A DNA stretch of 64,000 nucleotides, from NCBI RefSeq assembly GCF_057098645.1, contig NZ_CM169472.1. One strand, given 5' to 3'. A model generated the notes under the pieces. That model worked only from the letters and a program-made list of their open reading frames with translations. It was not told the origin of the DNA and did not search any database. Shown here in pieces: positions 1-9,096 of this stretch. Every line of letters begins with the position of its first letter. Position 1 is the first letter of the stretch. Position numbers and translations under genes: made by a program.

Positions 1-99
1 CGTGTTCAGTCCATTATTGATGATCTGCGCGATCAGATAGCCCTGCGGGTGACCGAAGCAGGTGCGGATGATGAGGAGGAATTACAGCAGGAGGAGTAA
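1..99 (+). CDS. Small terminase subunit, 3' end only (partial at window edge)
   Basis: Frame 1 is open from base 1 to TAA at 97-99 and ends in an acidic tail (DDEEELQQEE). The stop overlaps the large-terminase ATG as TAATG. Assignment rests on position alone. Confidence 0.4.
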   Translation, partial: RVQSIIDDLRDQIALRVTEAGADDEEELQQEE

Positions 100-2201
100 T
101 GCTGAATCAGGAAACCGCAAAGGCAGCACGAACCGATTCAGGTTATATCCTTCGCGCACCGAGACGAATGCTGGTTGCTGATGCCGTTGCTCAGTATATG
201 CGGGTGCCCATGGGGGCCGGGAATTCAGTCCCGTGGGATCCGCTGGTGGCACCGTATGTTATTGAGCCGATGAACTGCCTGGCCTCGCGTGAATACGACG
301 CAGTGATATTTGTTGGCCCGGCACGAACTGGCAAGACTATCGGCCTGATTGACGGCTGGGTGATTTACAATGTGATTTGCGATCCTGCTGATATGCTGAT
401 CATTCAGATGACGGAGGAAAAAGCCCGCGAACACTCCAAAAAACGACTTGCCAGAACGTTTCGCGTCAGCCCGGAAGTGGTCAGTCGCCTGAGTCCGAAC
501 AAAAATGACAACAACGTTTATGACAGAACATTCCTTGCTGGCAACTACCTGAAAATCGGCTGGCCGTCAGTCAATATCATGTCCTCATCAGATTATAAAT
601 GCGTGGCGCTGACGGATTATGACCGTTTTCCGGAAGATATTGATGGCGAGGGGGATGCCTTCTCTCTTGCCTCAAAACGTACCACCACATTTATGTCCAG
701 TGGTATGACGCTGGTGGAGAGTTCCCCCGGCAGGGATGTGAAGGATGTGAAATGGCGACGGACTTCACCGCATGAGGCTCCACCAACCACGGGGATACTG
801 TCGCTCTATAACCGTGGCGATCGCCGTCGCTGGTACTGGCCCTGTCCACACTGTGGTGAGTATTTTCAGCCCTGCGGCGATGTGGTTGCTGGTTTCCGTG
901 ATATTGCCGATCCCGTGCTGGCAAGTGAGGCGGCTTATATTCAGTGTCCTTCCTGTTCAGGACGGATTATGCCTGAACAAAAACGTGAGCTGAACGGACG
1001 TGGGGTCTGGTTGCGGGATGGTGAATCCATCAATGCGGATGGCAGTCGTTATGGTGATCCCCGACGCTCACGTATTGCGTCATTCTGGATGGAGGGTCCG
1101 GCAGCTGCTTACCAGACACTCTCGCAACTCGTTTACAAACTGCTTACTGCAGAACAGGAATACGAGACAACCGGAAGTGAAGAAACACTCAAGACGGTTA
1201 TCAATACCGACTGGGGATTACCTTATCTTCCCCGTGCCAGCATGGAGCAACGAAAAAGTGAACTGCTTGAGCAGCGGGCAGAGCCAGTTCCTTCCCGCAG
1301 TGTGCCGGATGGCGTTAATTTCCTGGTGGCGACAGTGGATGTGCAGGCGGGACGTCATCGCCGTTTTGTGGTTCAGGTAACGGGCTATGGCAGCCGTGGC
1401 GAACGCTGGATTATTGATCGTTACAACATCACGCAGTCATTGCGCGGTGACAGCGACGGGGAGAGCCAGCGAATTGATCCGGCCAGCTATCCGGAAGACT
1501 GGGATGTCCTGCTGACGGATGTTTTTCATAAAAGCTGGCCGCTGGCCTCCGATCCTTCTCAACAAATGCGACTGATGGCTATGGCGGTGGACTCCGGCGG
1601 TGAAGACGGGGTCACTGATAATGCCTATAAATTCTGGCGTCGTTGCCGTCGTGATGGCCTTGGTAAACGTATTTACCTGTTTAAGGGCGACAGCATCCGG
1701 CGCGCAAAACTGATCACCCGTACATTCCCTGATAACACCGGACGAACGGGCCGACGGGCGCAGGCCGCAGGTGATGTGCCGCTCTGGCTTCTTCAGACGG
1801 ATGCCCTGAAAGACCGGGTGAATAACGCGTTATGGCGTGACTCTCCAGGTCCCGGCTATGTGCATTTCCCTGACTGGCTGGGGAGCTGGTTTTACGACGA
1901 ACTGACGTATGAAGAGCGGAGTAGTGACGGGAAATGGAGTAAGCCGGGTCGCGGTGCCAACGAAGCTTTTGACCTGATGGTGTATGCCGAGGCTCTGGTC
2001 ATTCTGCATGGATACGAAAAGATCCGCTGGCCGGATGCACCGGAGTGGGCGAGCCTGGAAACCTGGCTGGAGTGTGTCCCGGACAGTACCGAACCGTCAC
2101 CCTCACCGGAACCGGTATCCACGCCTGTTAAAAAACAAAAACGGAAGAAAACAGTAACTGACGATGTTAACCCCTGGCTGACTTCCGGAGGATGGTTATG
2201 A
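99..2201 (+). CDS. Terminase large subunit, GpA family
   Basis: 700 aa ORF with a Walker-A-like motif VIFVGPARTGKT and a CPHCGEYF zinc-finger-like motif comparable to lambda gpA CPHCGEEQ. It is the first gene of the head module. Confidence 0.85.
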   Translation: MLNQETAKAARTDSGYILRAPRRMLVADAVAQYMRVPMGAGNSVPWDPLVAPYVIEPMNCLASREYDAVIFVGPARTGKTIGLIDGWVIYNVICDPADMLIIQMTEEKAREHSKKRLARTFRVSPEVVSRLSPNKNDNNVYDRTFLAGNYLKIGWPSVNIMSSSDYKCVALTDYDRFPEDIDGEGDAFSLASKRTTTFMSSGMTLVESSPGRDVKDVKWRRTSPHEAPPTTGILSLYNRGDRRRWYWPCPHCGEYFQPCGDVVAGFRDIADPVLASEAAYIQCPSCSGRIMPEQKRELNGRGVWLRDGESINADGSRYGDPRRSRIASFWMEGPAAAYQTLSQLVYKLLTAEQEYETTGSEETLKTVINTDWGLPYLPRASMEQRKSELLEQRAEPVPSRSVPDGVNFLVATVDVQAGRHRRFVVQVTGYGSRGERWIIDRYNITQSLRGDSDGESQRIDPASYPEDWDVLLTDVFHKSWPLASDPSQQMRLMAMAVDSGGEDGVTDNAYKFWRRCRRDGLGKRIYLFKGDSIRRAKLITRTFPDNTGRTGRRAQAAGDVPLWLLQTDALKDRVNNALWRDSPGPGYVHFPDWLGSWFYDELTYEERSSDGKWSKPGRGANEAFDLMVYAEALVILHGYEKIRWPDAPEWASLETWLECVPDSTEPSPSPEPVSTPVKKQKRKKTVTDDVNPWLTSGGWL

Positions 2202-2410
2202 ACCAGAATGATATCGAAGCCATGATTCAGCGTTATACGGAAGCTGAAATGGCGGTGCTGGACGGAAAATCCGTCACCTTTAATGGTCAGCAGATGACCA
2301 TGGAAAACTTATCTGAGATCCGGCAGGGACGGCAGGAGTGGGAGCGCCGCCTTGCGGCTCTGATTACACGACGACGGGGGCATCCTGGGTACCGGCTGGC
2401 GAGGTTCTGA
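2192..2410 (+). CDS. gpW-like head-tail joining protein
   Basis: 72 aa ORF directly after the terminase. Its C-terminus (TRRRGHPGYRLARF) resembles lambda gpW (QRRRGPAGFYV). Start overlaps the terminase end. Confidence 0.6.
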   Translation: MVMNQNDIEAMIQRYTEAEMAVLDGKSVTFNGQQMTMENLSEIRQGRQEWERRLAALITRRRGHPGYRLARF

Positions 2411-3918
2411 TGGCAATTCTTGATGATGTGATTGGCGTTTTTTCACCAGGATGGAAAGCGGCAAGGCTGCGTTCCCGTGCGGTGATCCAGGCTTATGAGG
2501 CCGTAAAAACGACACGGACACACAAAGCCCGGCGGGAAAACCGAACTGCCGACCAGTTAAGCCAGTACGGGGCCGTGTCGTTACGTGAGCAGGCCCGTTA
2601 CCTTGATAACAACCACGATCTGGTTATTGGTGTATTTGACAAGCTGGAAGAACGGGTGGTGGGGAAAAACGGGATTATTGTCGAGCCACATCCGGTATTA
2701 CGCAATGGGGCCATTGCCCGTGATCTGGCAGCGGAGATACGCACCCGATGGAGTGAATGGTCTGTCAGTCCGGAAGTCACCGGGCAGTTTACCCGTCCGA
2801 TGCTGGAACGTCTGATGCTGCGTACCTGGCTGCGCGATGGTGAGGTGTTTGCCCAGATGGTTTCCGGGCGCATAAACAGCCTGACGCCTTCTGCCGGTGT
2901 TCATTTCTGGCTGGAGGCGCTCGAGCCGGACTTTATTCCCATGACCAGTGATGAGAGCAACAGGCTGAATCAGGGCGTGTTTGTTGATGACTGGGGGCGT
3001 CCCGAAAAATATCTGGTGTATAAAAGCCGTCCCGTATCCGGGCGGCAGATGGAAACCAAAGAAGTGGATGCAGAGCGAATGCTGCATCTTAAATTTGTTC
3101 GCCGTCTGCACCAGATGCGCGGGACGTCTTTGTTGTCCGGTGTGCTGATCCGCCTCAGTGCCCTGAAAGAGTATGAAGATTCTGAGCTGACTGCAGCAAG
3201 GATCGCCGCTGCTCTGGGGATGTACATCCGGAAAGGCGACGGGCAGAGCTATGAACCGGATGGTAATGGCAGCAAGGAGAATGAACGCGAGCTTACCATT
3301 CAGCCAGGCATTATTTACGACGATCTGAAACCCGGCGAAGAAATCGGAATGGTGAAGTCGGATCGTCCCAATCCTAACCTTGAAACTTTTCGTAATGGTC
3401 AGTTGCGTGCCGTGGCGGCGGGCAGTCGTCTGAGTTTTTCCAGTACGGCACGCAACTATAACGGCACTTACAGCGCCCAGCGTCAGGAACTGGTTGAGTC
3501 TACTGATGGCTACCTGATCCTGCAGGACTGGTTTATTGGTGCCGTCACCCGCCCGATGTATCGTGCCTGGCTGAAACAGGCTGTGGCATCCGGTGTTATC
3601 AGGTTACCCCGCGATCTTGACCGTTCTTCACTGTATACCGCGGTGTATTCCGGACCAGTGATGCCGTGGATTGACCCTGTTAAGGAGGCTGAGGCCTGGA
3701 AAATCCAGATTCGTGGTGGAGCGGCGACAGAATCAGACTGGGTACGTGCTGGTGGTCGTAATCCGGATGATGTCAAACGTCGGCGCAAGGCCGAAATTGA
3801 TGAAAACCGCAAGCTGGATCTGGTATTTGATACCGATCCGGCCAGTGATAAAGGAGGCAGCAGTGCCGCAACGAAACGACAGGAGCCGCAGCACACCGAC
3901 GACCAGTCCGAAGAATAA
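2410..3918 (+). CDS. Portal protein
   Basis: About 502 aa, starting at ATG 2410, which overlaps the W-like stop (ATGA). Position after terminase and W, and size, fit a lambda-family portal. The ORF-track start at 2338 is probably an upstream extension. Confidence 0.75.
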   Translation: MAILDDVIGVFSPGWKAARLRSRAVIQAYEAVKTTRTHKARRENRTADQLSQYGAVSLREQARYLDNNHDLVIGVFDKLEERVVGKNGIIVEPHPVLRNGAIARDLAAEIRTRWSEWSVSPEVTGQFTRPMLERLMLRTWLRDGEVFAQMVSGRINSLTPSAGVHFWLEALEPDFIPMTSDESNRLNQGVFVDDWGRPEKYLVYKSRPVSGRQMETKEVDAERMLHLKFVRRLHQMRGTSLLSGVLIRLSALKEYEDSELTAARIAAALGMYIRKGDGQSYEPDGNGSKENERELTIQPGIIYDDLKPGEEIGMVKSDRPNPNLETFRNGQLRAVAAGSRLSFSSTARNYNGTYSAQRQELVESTDGYLILQDWFIGAVTRPMYRAWLKQAVASGVIRLPRDLDRSSLYTAVYSGPVMPWIDPVKEAEAWKIQIRGGAATESDWVRAGGRNPDDVKRRRKAEIDENRKLDLVFDTDPASDKGGSSAATKRQEPQHTDDQSEE

Positions 3919-3931
3919 TTCCTGGTTCAGG

Positions 3932-5890
3932 ATGCAGGCTGGTCACCAGAGTGACGCGGATATTTATATTTATGACGAGATTGGTTTCTGGGGTGTTACA
4001 GCGAAGCAGTTTATCAGTGATCTGAATGCACTGGGCGATATCACCCACATTAATCTCCATATTAATTCACCGGGTGGCGATGTCTTTGAAGGCATCGCCA
4101 TTTTTAATGCGCTGAAAACACATGGTGCGTCCATTACCGTTTATGTCGACGGTGTGGCGGCGTCAATGGCGTCGGTCATTGCGATGGTGGGAAACCCGGT
4201 CATTATGCCGGAAAACACCTTCATGATGATTCATAAACCATTTGGCTTTACGGGCGGTGATGCGGAGGACATGCGCACCTATGCCGACCTGCTCGATAAG
4301 GTTGAGGCGGTTCTGTTACCCGCTTATGCACAGAAAACCGGGAAAACCACCGATGAAATTGCTGCCATGCTGGCGGATGAGACCTGGATGTCCGGTGCCG
4401 AATGTCTGGCACATGGATTTGCTGATCAGGTAACGCCAGCCGTTAAGGCAATGGCATGTATTCAGTCAAAACGTACAGAGGAATTTAAAAAGATGCCGGA
4501 ATCCATTCGAAACATGATTACTCCGCCACGCAACAGTGCTCCACGCGTACAGGATGATGAACCTGCAGCCTCCCGGACGCCAGTGCAGGCAGCAGCACCC
4601 GTGGTGGATGAAAACAGTATCCGTGCGCAGGTACTGGCAGAGCAAAAAGCGCGTGTAAACGGTATTAATGATCTGTTTGCCATGTTTGGCGGGCGTTATC
4701 AGACGCTGCAGGCTCAGTGTCTTGCCGATCCTGAATGTTCGCTGGAGCAGGCCCGCGAAAAGCTGTTGAACGAGATGGGGCGCGAGTCCACGCCATCCAA
4801 TAAAAATACCCCGGCTCATATTTATGCCGGTAACGGTAATTTTGTGGGGGACGGGATCCGCCAGGCGCTGATGGCGCGTGCCGGATTTGAAAAAACCGAA
4901 CGTGATAATGTCTACAACGGGATGACCCTGCGTGAATATGCCCGTATGTCACTGACTGAACGGGGTATTGGGGTTTCCAGTTATAACCCGATGCAGATGG
5001 TCGGTGCGGCGTTCACACACAGTACGTCTGACTTCGGTAATATTCTGCTGGATGTTGCGAACAAAGCCATTCTGCAGGGCTGGGAAGATGCCCCTGAAAC
5101 CTATGAACAGTGGACGCGGAAAGGTCAGTTGTCTGATTTTAAAATTGCCCATCGTGTGGGTATGGGGGGCTTCAGTGCTCTGCGTCAGGTGCGTGAAGGG
5201 GCGGAATATAAATACGTCACCACCGGAGATAAACAGGCCACTATTGCACTGGCGACCTATGGCGAGCTGTTCAGTATCACCCGTCAGGCCATTATCAATG
5301 ATGATCTGAATATGCTGACCGATGTCCCGATGAAACTGGGCCGTGCGGCGAAATCCACTATTGCCGATCTGGTTTATGCCATTCTGACGTCTAACCCGAA
5401 AATCTCCACAGATAATGTAAGTCTGTTCGATAAAGCGAAACATGCAAACGTACTGGAGAGCGCTGCAATGGACGTGGCATCGCTGGATAAAGCCCGCCAG
5501 TTGATGCGCGTTCAGAAAGAGGGGGAGCGTCATCTGAATATTCGTCCTGCGTTCGTACTGGTACCGACGGCGATGGAGTCTGTTGCTAACCAGGTCATTC
5601 GCTCCTCAAGTGTCAAGGGGGCTGACATTAACGCCGGTATTATTAACCCGGTGAAAGATTTTGCGACCGTTATTGCAGAGCCTCGTCTTGATGATAACAG
5701 CCAGACCACTTTCTACCTGGCTGCGTCCAAAGGCTCCGATACGATTGAAGTGGCTTATCTCAACGGTGTGGATACGCCATATATTGATCAGATGGAGGGC
5801 TTCAGTGTGGATGGCGTGACAACGAAAGTGCGTATTGACGCCGGTGTCGCGCCAGTTGATCACCGCGGTCTGGTGAAATGTACGGCGTAA
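3932..5890 (+). CDS. Prohead protease (ClpP-like) fused to scaffold-like linker and major capsid protein domain
   Basis: Single uninterrupted frame. The N-terminal ~200 aa look like a ClpP/S14 peptidase (INSPGGDV, MASV.A, MIHKP). A charged Pro/Ala-rich linker follows, then a C-terminal ~330 aa capsid-like domain. Start chosen at the first ATG after the portal stop. Confidence 0.7.
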   Translation: MQAGHQSDADIYIYDEIGFWGVTAKQFISDLNALGDITHINLHINSPGGDVFEGIAIFNALKTHGASITVYVDGVAASMASVIAMVGNPVIMPENTFMMIHKPFGFTGGDAEDMRTYADLLDKVEAVLLPAYAQKTGKTTDEIAAMLADETWMSGAECLAHGFADQVTPAVKAMACIQSKRTEEFKKMPESIRNMITPPRNSAPRVQDDEPAASRTPVQAAAPVVDENSIRAQVLAEQKARVNGINDLFAMFGGRYQTLQAQCLADPECSLEQAREKLLNEMGRESTPSNKNTPAHIYAGNGNFVGDGIRQALMARAGFEKTERDNVYNGMTLREYARMSLTERGIGVSSYNPMQMVGAAFTHSTSDFGNILLDVANKAILQGWEDAPETYEQWTRKGQLSDFKIAHRVGMGGFSALRQVREGAEYKYVTTGDKQATIALATYGELFSITRQAIINDDLNMLTDVPMKLGRAAKSTIADLVYAILTSNPKISTDNVSLFDKAKHANVLESAAMDVASLDKARQLMRVQKEGERHLNIRPAFVLVPTAMESVANQVIRSSSVKGADINAGIINPVKDFATVIAEPRLDDNSQTTFYLAASKGSDTIEVAYLNGVDTPYIDQMEGFSVDGVTTKVRIDAGVAPVDHRGLVKCTA

Positions 5891-5976
5891 ACGTCGCAGA
5901 CAACAACTCTGATGGCCCGTAAGGGCTTTTTTTGTACCTGAAATCAGCCCCTGAACGGGGCTGTGCGGAGACAGTT

Positions 5977-6300
5977 ATGGCAAAGAATTTTGTAGAAGAA
6001 GGAAAAACGGTGGCGATTGTTGCCAGTGCAGCCATCAGCAGCGGAGATCTGGTGCAGGTGGGCGATGTTTTTGCGGTGGCGCTGACCGATATTCCACAGG
6101 GTGAAACAGGCGACGGCATGACCGAAGGTGTGTTTATGCTGCCTAAGCTGAAAACGGATGACATGAAAACGGGTAAGAAGGTTTATCTGAAGTCCGGAAA
6201 AGTTCAGCTGACTAACAGCGGCTCTGATCCGCTGGTCGGGGTTGTCTGGGCAGATGCCGGAACCAGTGCAGAAGAAGTGCCGGTAAAACTCAATGTCTGA
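5977..6300 (+). CDS. Small phage head protein (DUF2190-like, possible decoration or head-completion protein)
   Basis: 107 aa from ATG 5977, preceded by GGAG. Lies right after the capsid gene. Family assignment is from memory and is weak. Confidence 0.4.
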   Translation: MAKNFVEEGKTVAIVASAAISSGDLVQVGDVFAVALTDIPQGETGDGMTEGVFMLPKLKTDDMKTGKKVYLKSGKVQLTNSGSDPLVGVVWADAGTSAEEVPVKLNV

Positions 6301-6568
6301 TCCCTTTTCCCGGCTGGCAGCGCGTATGGATGCTATCACGGTCAGAAAGATGGGAAAGACAGCCTCGATTAATGATGTCGATATGACTGTGATCCCGGGA
6401 GAAACACTGGCAGAACTGAATGCTCTGTCCGGACCTGCGGTCTCTCTGGTGGTGTTTTCTTCGGGATACCGCCCACGGCGCGGGGATCGCGTTGTTTATG
6501 ACGGACAACAATGGACGGTCACACGGCATGAACGCTTTAACGGTAAGCCAATGATCTTTATTGAGTAA
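6293..6568 (+). CDS. Head-tail connector protein (gpFII-like)
   Basis: 91 aa, translationally coupled to the previous gene (ATG 6293 overlaps its stop). It sits between head and tail genes and has an RRGDRV motif similar to lambda FII RRGDTL. Confidence 0.5.
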   Translation: MSDPFSRLAARMDAITVRKMGKTASINDVDMTVIPGETLAELNALSGPAVSLVVFSSGYRPRRGDRVVYDGQQWTVTRHERFNGKPMIFIE

Positions 6569-6579
6569 AGAGGTGTGGG

Positions 6580-7158
6580 ATGAAGGGGCTTGAGAATGCC
6601 ATCCGTAATCTGAACAGCCTTGATACCCGTATGGTGCCACAGGCCAGCGCATGGGCGATAAACCGTGTGGCACAGAAAGCGGTCTCGGTTGCCACCCGGC
6701 AGGTTGCCGGGAATACCGTTGCGGGAGATAACCAGGTGAAAGGGATCCCCCTGAAACTGGTACGTCAGCGTGTCCGGGTGTTTAAAGCCAGTCCGTCAGG
6801 AAAAATGACGGCCAGGATCCGCGTTAACCGGGGCAATCTGCCCGCCATTAAGCTGGGGACAGCCCGGGTCAGACTGGCCCGGCGTGGTGGAAAACTGCAG
6901 TACCGTGGCAGTGTGCTGAAGGTGGGTAAATATCTTTTCCGGGATGCGTTTATTCAGCAACTGGCGAATGGTCGCTGGCATGTGATGCGGCGTATTGATG
7001 GCAAAAATCGTTACCCCATTGATGTGGTGAAAATCCCGCTTTCCGGACCGCTGACACAGGCATTTGAAGATGCCCGCGACCGCATCATTGCTGCGGAAAT
7101 GCCGAAACAGCTGGGGTATGCACTGAAACAACAACTGAGGTTATGGCTGACCCGATGA
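6580..7158 (+). CDS. Z: Tail completion protein Z
   Basis: 192 aa, the same length as lambda gpZ, with colinear similarity (NGRWHVM.R..GKNRYPIDVVKIP, LGYAL..QLR). Confidence 0.8.
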   Translation: MKGLENAIRNLNSLDTRMVPQASAWAINRVAQKAVSVATRQVAGNTVAGDNQVKGIPLKLVRQRVRVFKASPSGKMTARIRVNRGNLPAIKLGTARVRLARRGGKLQYRGSVLKVGKYLFRDAFIQQLANGRWHVMRRIDGKNRYPIDVVKIPLSGPLTQAFEDARDRIIAAEMPKQLGYALKQQLRLWLTR

Positions 7159-7556
7159 ACCGACATACACAAATCCGCCAGGCCGTACTGGCACGCCTTC
7201 GGGAACAGTGTGGAGACAGCGCCACGTTTTTTGACGGGCTTCCGGCATTTATTGATGCGCAGGAACTGCCTGCCGTGGCGGTGTGGCTGAGTGATGCTCA
7301 GTACACCGGAAAAATGACGGATGAAGATGACTGGCAGGCTGTTCTGCATATTGCTGTCTTCATCCGGGCACAGGCACCGGATTCAGAGCTGGATATGTGG
7401 ATGGAGAGCACCATTTTCCCGGCCCTGAATGATATACCGGCACTTTCCGGACTCATCGACACCCTGATCCCTCTCGGTTTTAACTATCAACGTGATAATG
7501 AGATGGCCACCTGGGCGATGGCGGAAATCACGTACCAGATCACGTACACGAATTAA
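7143..7556 (+). CDS. U: Tail terminator protein U
   Basis: 137 aa with lambda gpU-like motifs (ATFFDG, PAVAV.L, PDSELD.WMES, DIPALS). Confidence 0.8.
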   Translation: MADPMNRHTQIRQAVLARLREQCGDSATFFDGLPAFIDAQELPAVAVWLSDAQYTGKMTDEDDWQAVLHIAVFIRAQAPDSELDMWMESTIFPALNDIPALSGLIDTLIPLGFNYQRDNEMATWAMAEITYQITYTN

Positions 7557-7561
7557 AGGAG

Positions 7562-8311
7562 GTGGCAATGACCACACCAAATCCACTGGCAAAAACGAAA
7601 GGTGCGGGAACGACGTTCTGGATGTACACCGGCAAGGGCGATGCGTTTGCGAACCCTTTATCGGACACTGACTGGCTGCGTCTTGCGATGGTGAAGGATC
7701 TGCAACCTGGCGAAATGACCGCTGATGCAGAAGATGACACTTATCTCGATGATGAAGATGCAGACTGGAAAACGACAACCCAGGGGCAGAAATCCGTCGG
7801 TGATACTTCGGCGACGCTGGCCTGGCGTCCGGGTGACAGCGGGCAGAAAAAACTGGTTCAGTTGTTCGACTCCGGTGAAGTCTGCGCGTTTCGTATCAAA
7901 TATCCCAACGGCACTGTTGATGTTTTCCGTGGCTGGCTGAGCTCACTGGGTAAAACCATTGCCTCAAAAGACGTGATGACCCGCACAGTGAAAATCAGCG
8001 GTGTGGGGCGTCCGTATCTGGCAGAGGAAGGCACTGAAACAGTGAGCGTTACCGGGCTGACGGTGGCACCGGCATCTGCCAGTGTAAAAGTGGGAGCAAC
8101 CACCACGCTGACCTTTACAGTAAAACCTGACGGAGCCAGTGACAAAGCGATCAGTGTGCATTCGACAGATCCACAGACTGCCACGGTGACCCTGAACGGG
8201 CTTGTGGCCACGGTGAAAGGCGTGAAGCAGGGCAGTGTCAGCATTGTGGGCATGACTTCTGACGGCGATTTTGTGGCAGTGGCTGCGGTGGCTGTCAGCG
8301 CCGCAGGTTAA
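7562..8311 (+). CDS. V: Major tail protein V with C-terminal Ig-like domain
   Basis: 249 aa, near-colinear with lambda gpV (KGAGTT.W.Y.G, YLDDEDADW, FRGW.SS.GK). Strong SD AAGGAGG precedes the start. Confidence 0.9.
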   Translation: MAMTTPNPLAKTKGAGTTFWMYTGKGDAFANPLSDTDWLRLAMVKDLQPGEMTADAEDDTYLDDEDADWKTTTQGQKSVGDTSATLAWRPGDSGQKKLVQLFDSGEVCAFRIKYPNGTVDVFRGWLSSLGKTIASKDVMTRTVKISGVGRPYLAEEGTETVSVTGLTVAPASASVKVGATTTLTFTVKPDGASDKAISVHSTDPQTATVTLNGLVATVKGVKQGSVSIVGMTSDGDFVAVAAVAVSAAG

Positions 8312-8331
8312 CAGGACGATACTCATCATTT

Positions 8332-8355
8332 GCCCCGGTTATCCGGGGCTTTTTT
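8332..8355 (+). terminator. Stem-loop with T-run between V and G (possible attenuator)
   Basis: GCCCCGG-TTAT-CCGGGGC followed by TTTTTT, immediately after the V stop. Confidence 0.45.
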
Positions 8356-8368
8356 GCAGGTGGAGAAC

Positions 8369-8758
8369 ATGATGTTTCTGAAACAGGGCACGTTTAATTA
8401 TGAAAAGCAGTCCGTGGTGCTCAGTGAGCTGTCCGGGCTGCAGAGAATTGAATATCTGGCGTTTGTTCAGCAGCGAACGGCAAAGTTTGATGCCGAAGAG
8501 GGAGAACTGCCGGAGGCTGAACGACAGATTGCTTTTCTGCGGATGGGGATGGATATCAATGCCTGGCTGGTTTCCCGCTCACTGTGGAATGCGGAACAGT
8601 CTCAGGATGTTGAGACGCTTTGCGCATCCGTTATTACAACATGGTCGTATGATGCCCTGGGAGCGGGGGCGGAGATGGTTCTGTCGCTGAGCGGTATGGG
8701 AGCCATTGAGAATGCCGGGGATTTGGAGCATGAGGTGCTGACGCCGGAAAAGTCCTGA
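8369..8758 (+). CDS. G: Tail assembly chaperone G
   Basis: Start MMFLKQ parallels lambda G MFLKT, and the LSELSGLQRIEYLA motif matches. The ORF-track TTG start at 8330 lies inside the upstream hairpin and is rejected. Confidence 0.8.
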   Translation: MMFLKQGTFNYEKQSVVLSELSGLQRIEYLAFVQQRTAKFDAEEGELPEAERQIAFLRMGMDINAWLVSRSLWNAEQSQDVETLCASVITTWSYDALGAGAEMVLSLSGMGAIENAGDLEHEVLTPEKS

Positions 8759-9096
8759 CGCGGGAAATGCAGTTTGTCATGCGGCTTGCCCGGGAGTTCC
8801 GGCGGGCAGACTGGCGGCGGATGCTGTCGGAAATGTCGGCCACTGAGCTTGGTGAGTGGGGCGATTATTTCCGGATGCAGAGCTTCAGTGATGTCTGGAT
8901 GGATGCGCAGTTTGCCTCGCTGAAGGCATTGATCGTGAGAATGGTGTCCGGCAGCAGTGATGCTGCGGTGGCTGATTTCAGCCTTTTACCGGAAGAGAAC
9001 GGGATACCGGAGCGAACGGACGAAGAACTGATGCATCTTGGAGAAGGTATTTCCGGAGGTGTGCGTTATGGACCAGATAGCCAACCTGGTCATTGA
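8734..9096 (+). CDS. T: Tail assembly chaperone T segment, expressed as a G-T fusion by -1 frameshift
   Basis: The -1 frame relative to G is open from 8734 and continues to 9096. G ends at 8758, so the shift must occur in 8734-8758. The lambda GGGAAAG site is replaced here by GGAAAAG at 8746-8752. Confidence 0.6.
   Translation, partial: GADAGKVLTREMQFVMRLAREFRRADWRRMLSEMSATELGEWGDYFRMQSFSDVWMDAQFASLKALIVRMVSGSSDAAVADFSLLPEENGIPERTDEELMHLGEGISGGVRYGPDSQPGH

Noticed and set aside
8330-8368. TTG start for gene G at 8330
   Set aside because: That start lies inside the V-G hairpin and precedes the GGAG Shine-Dalgarno; ATG 8369 or 8372 matches the lambda G N-terminus.
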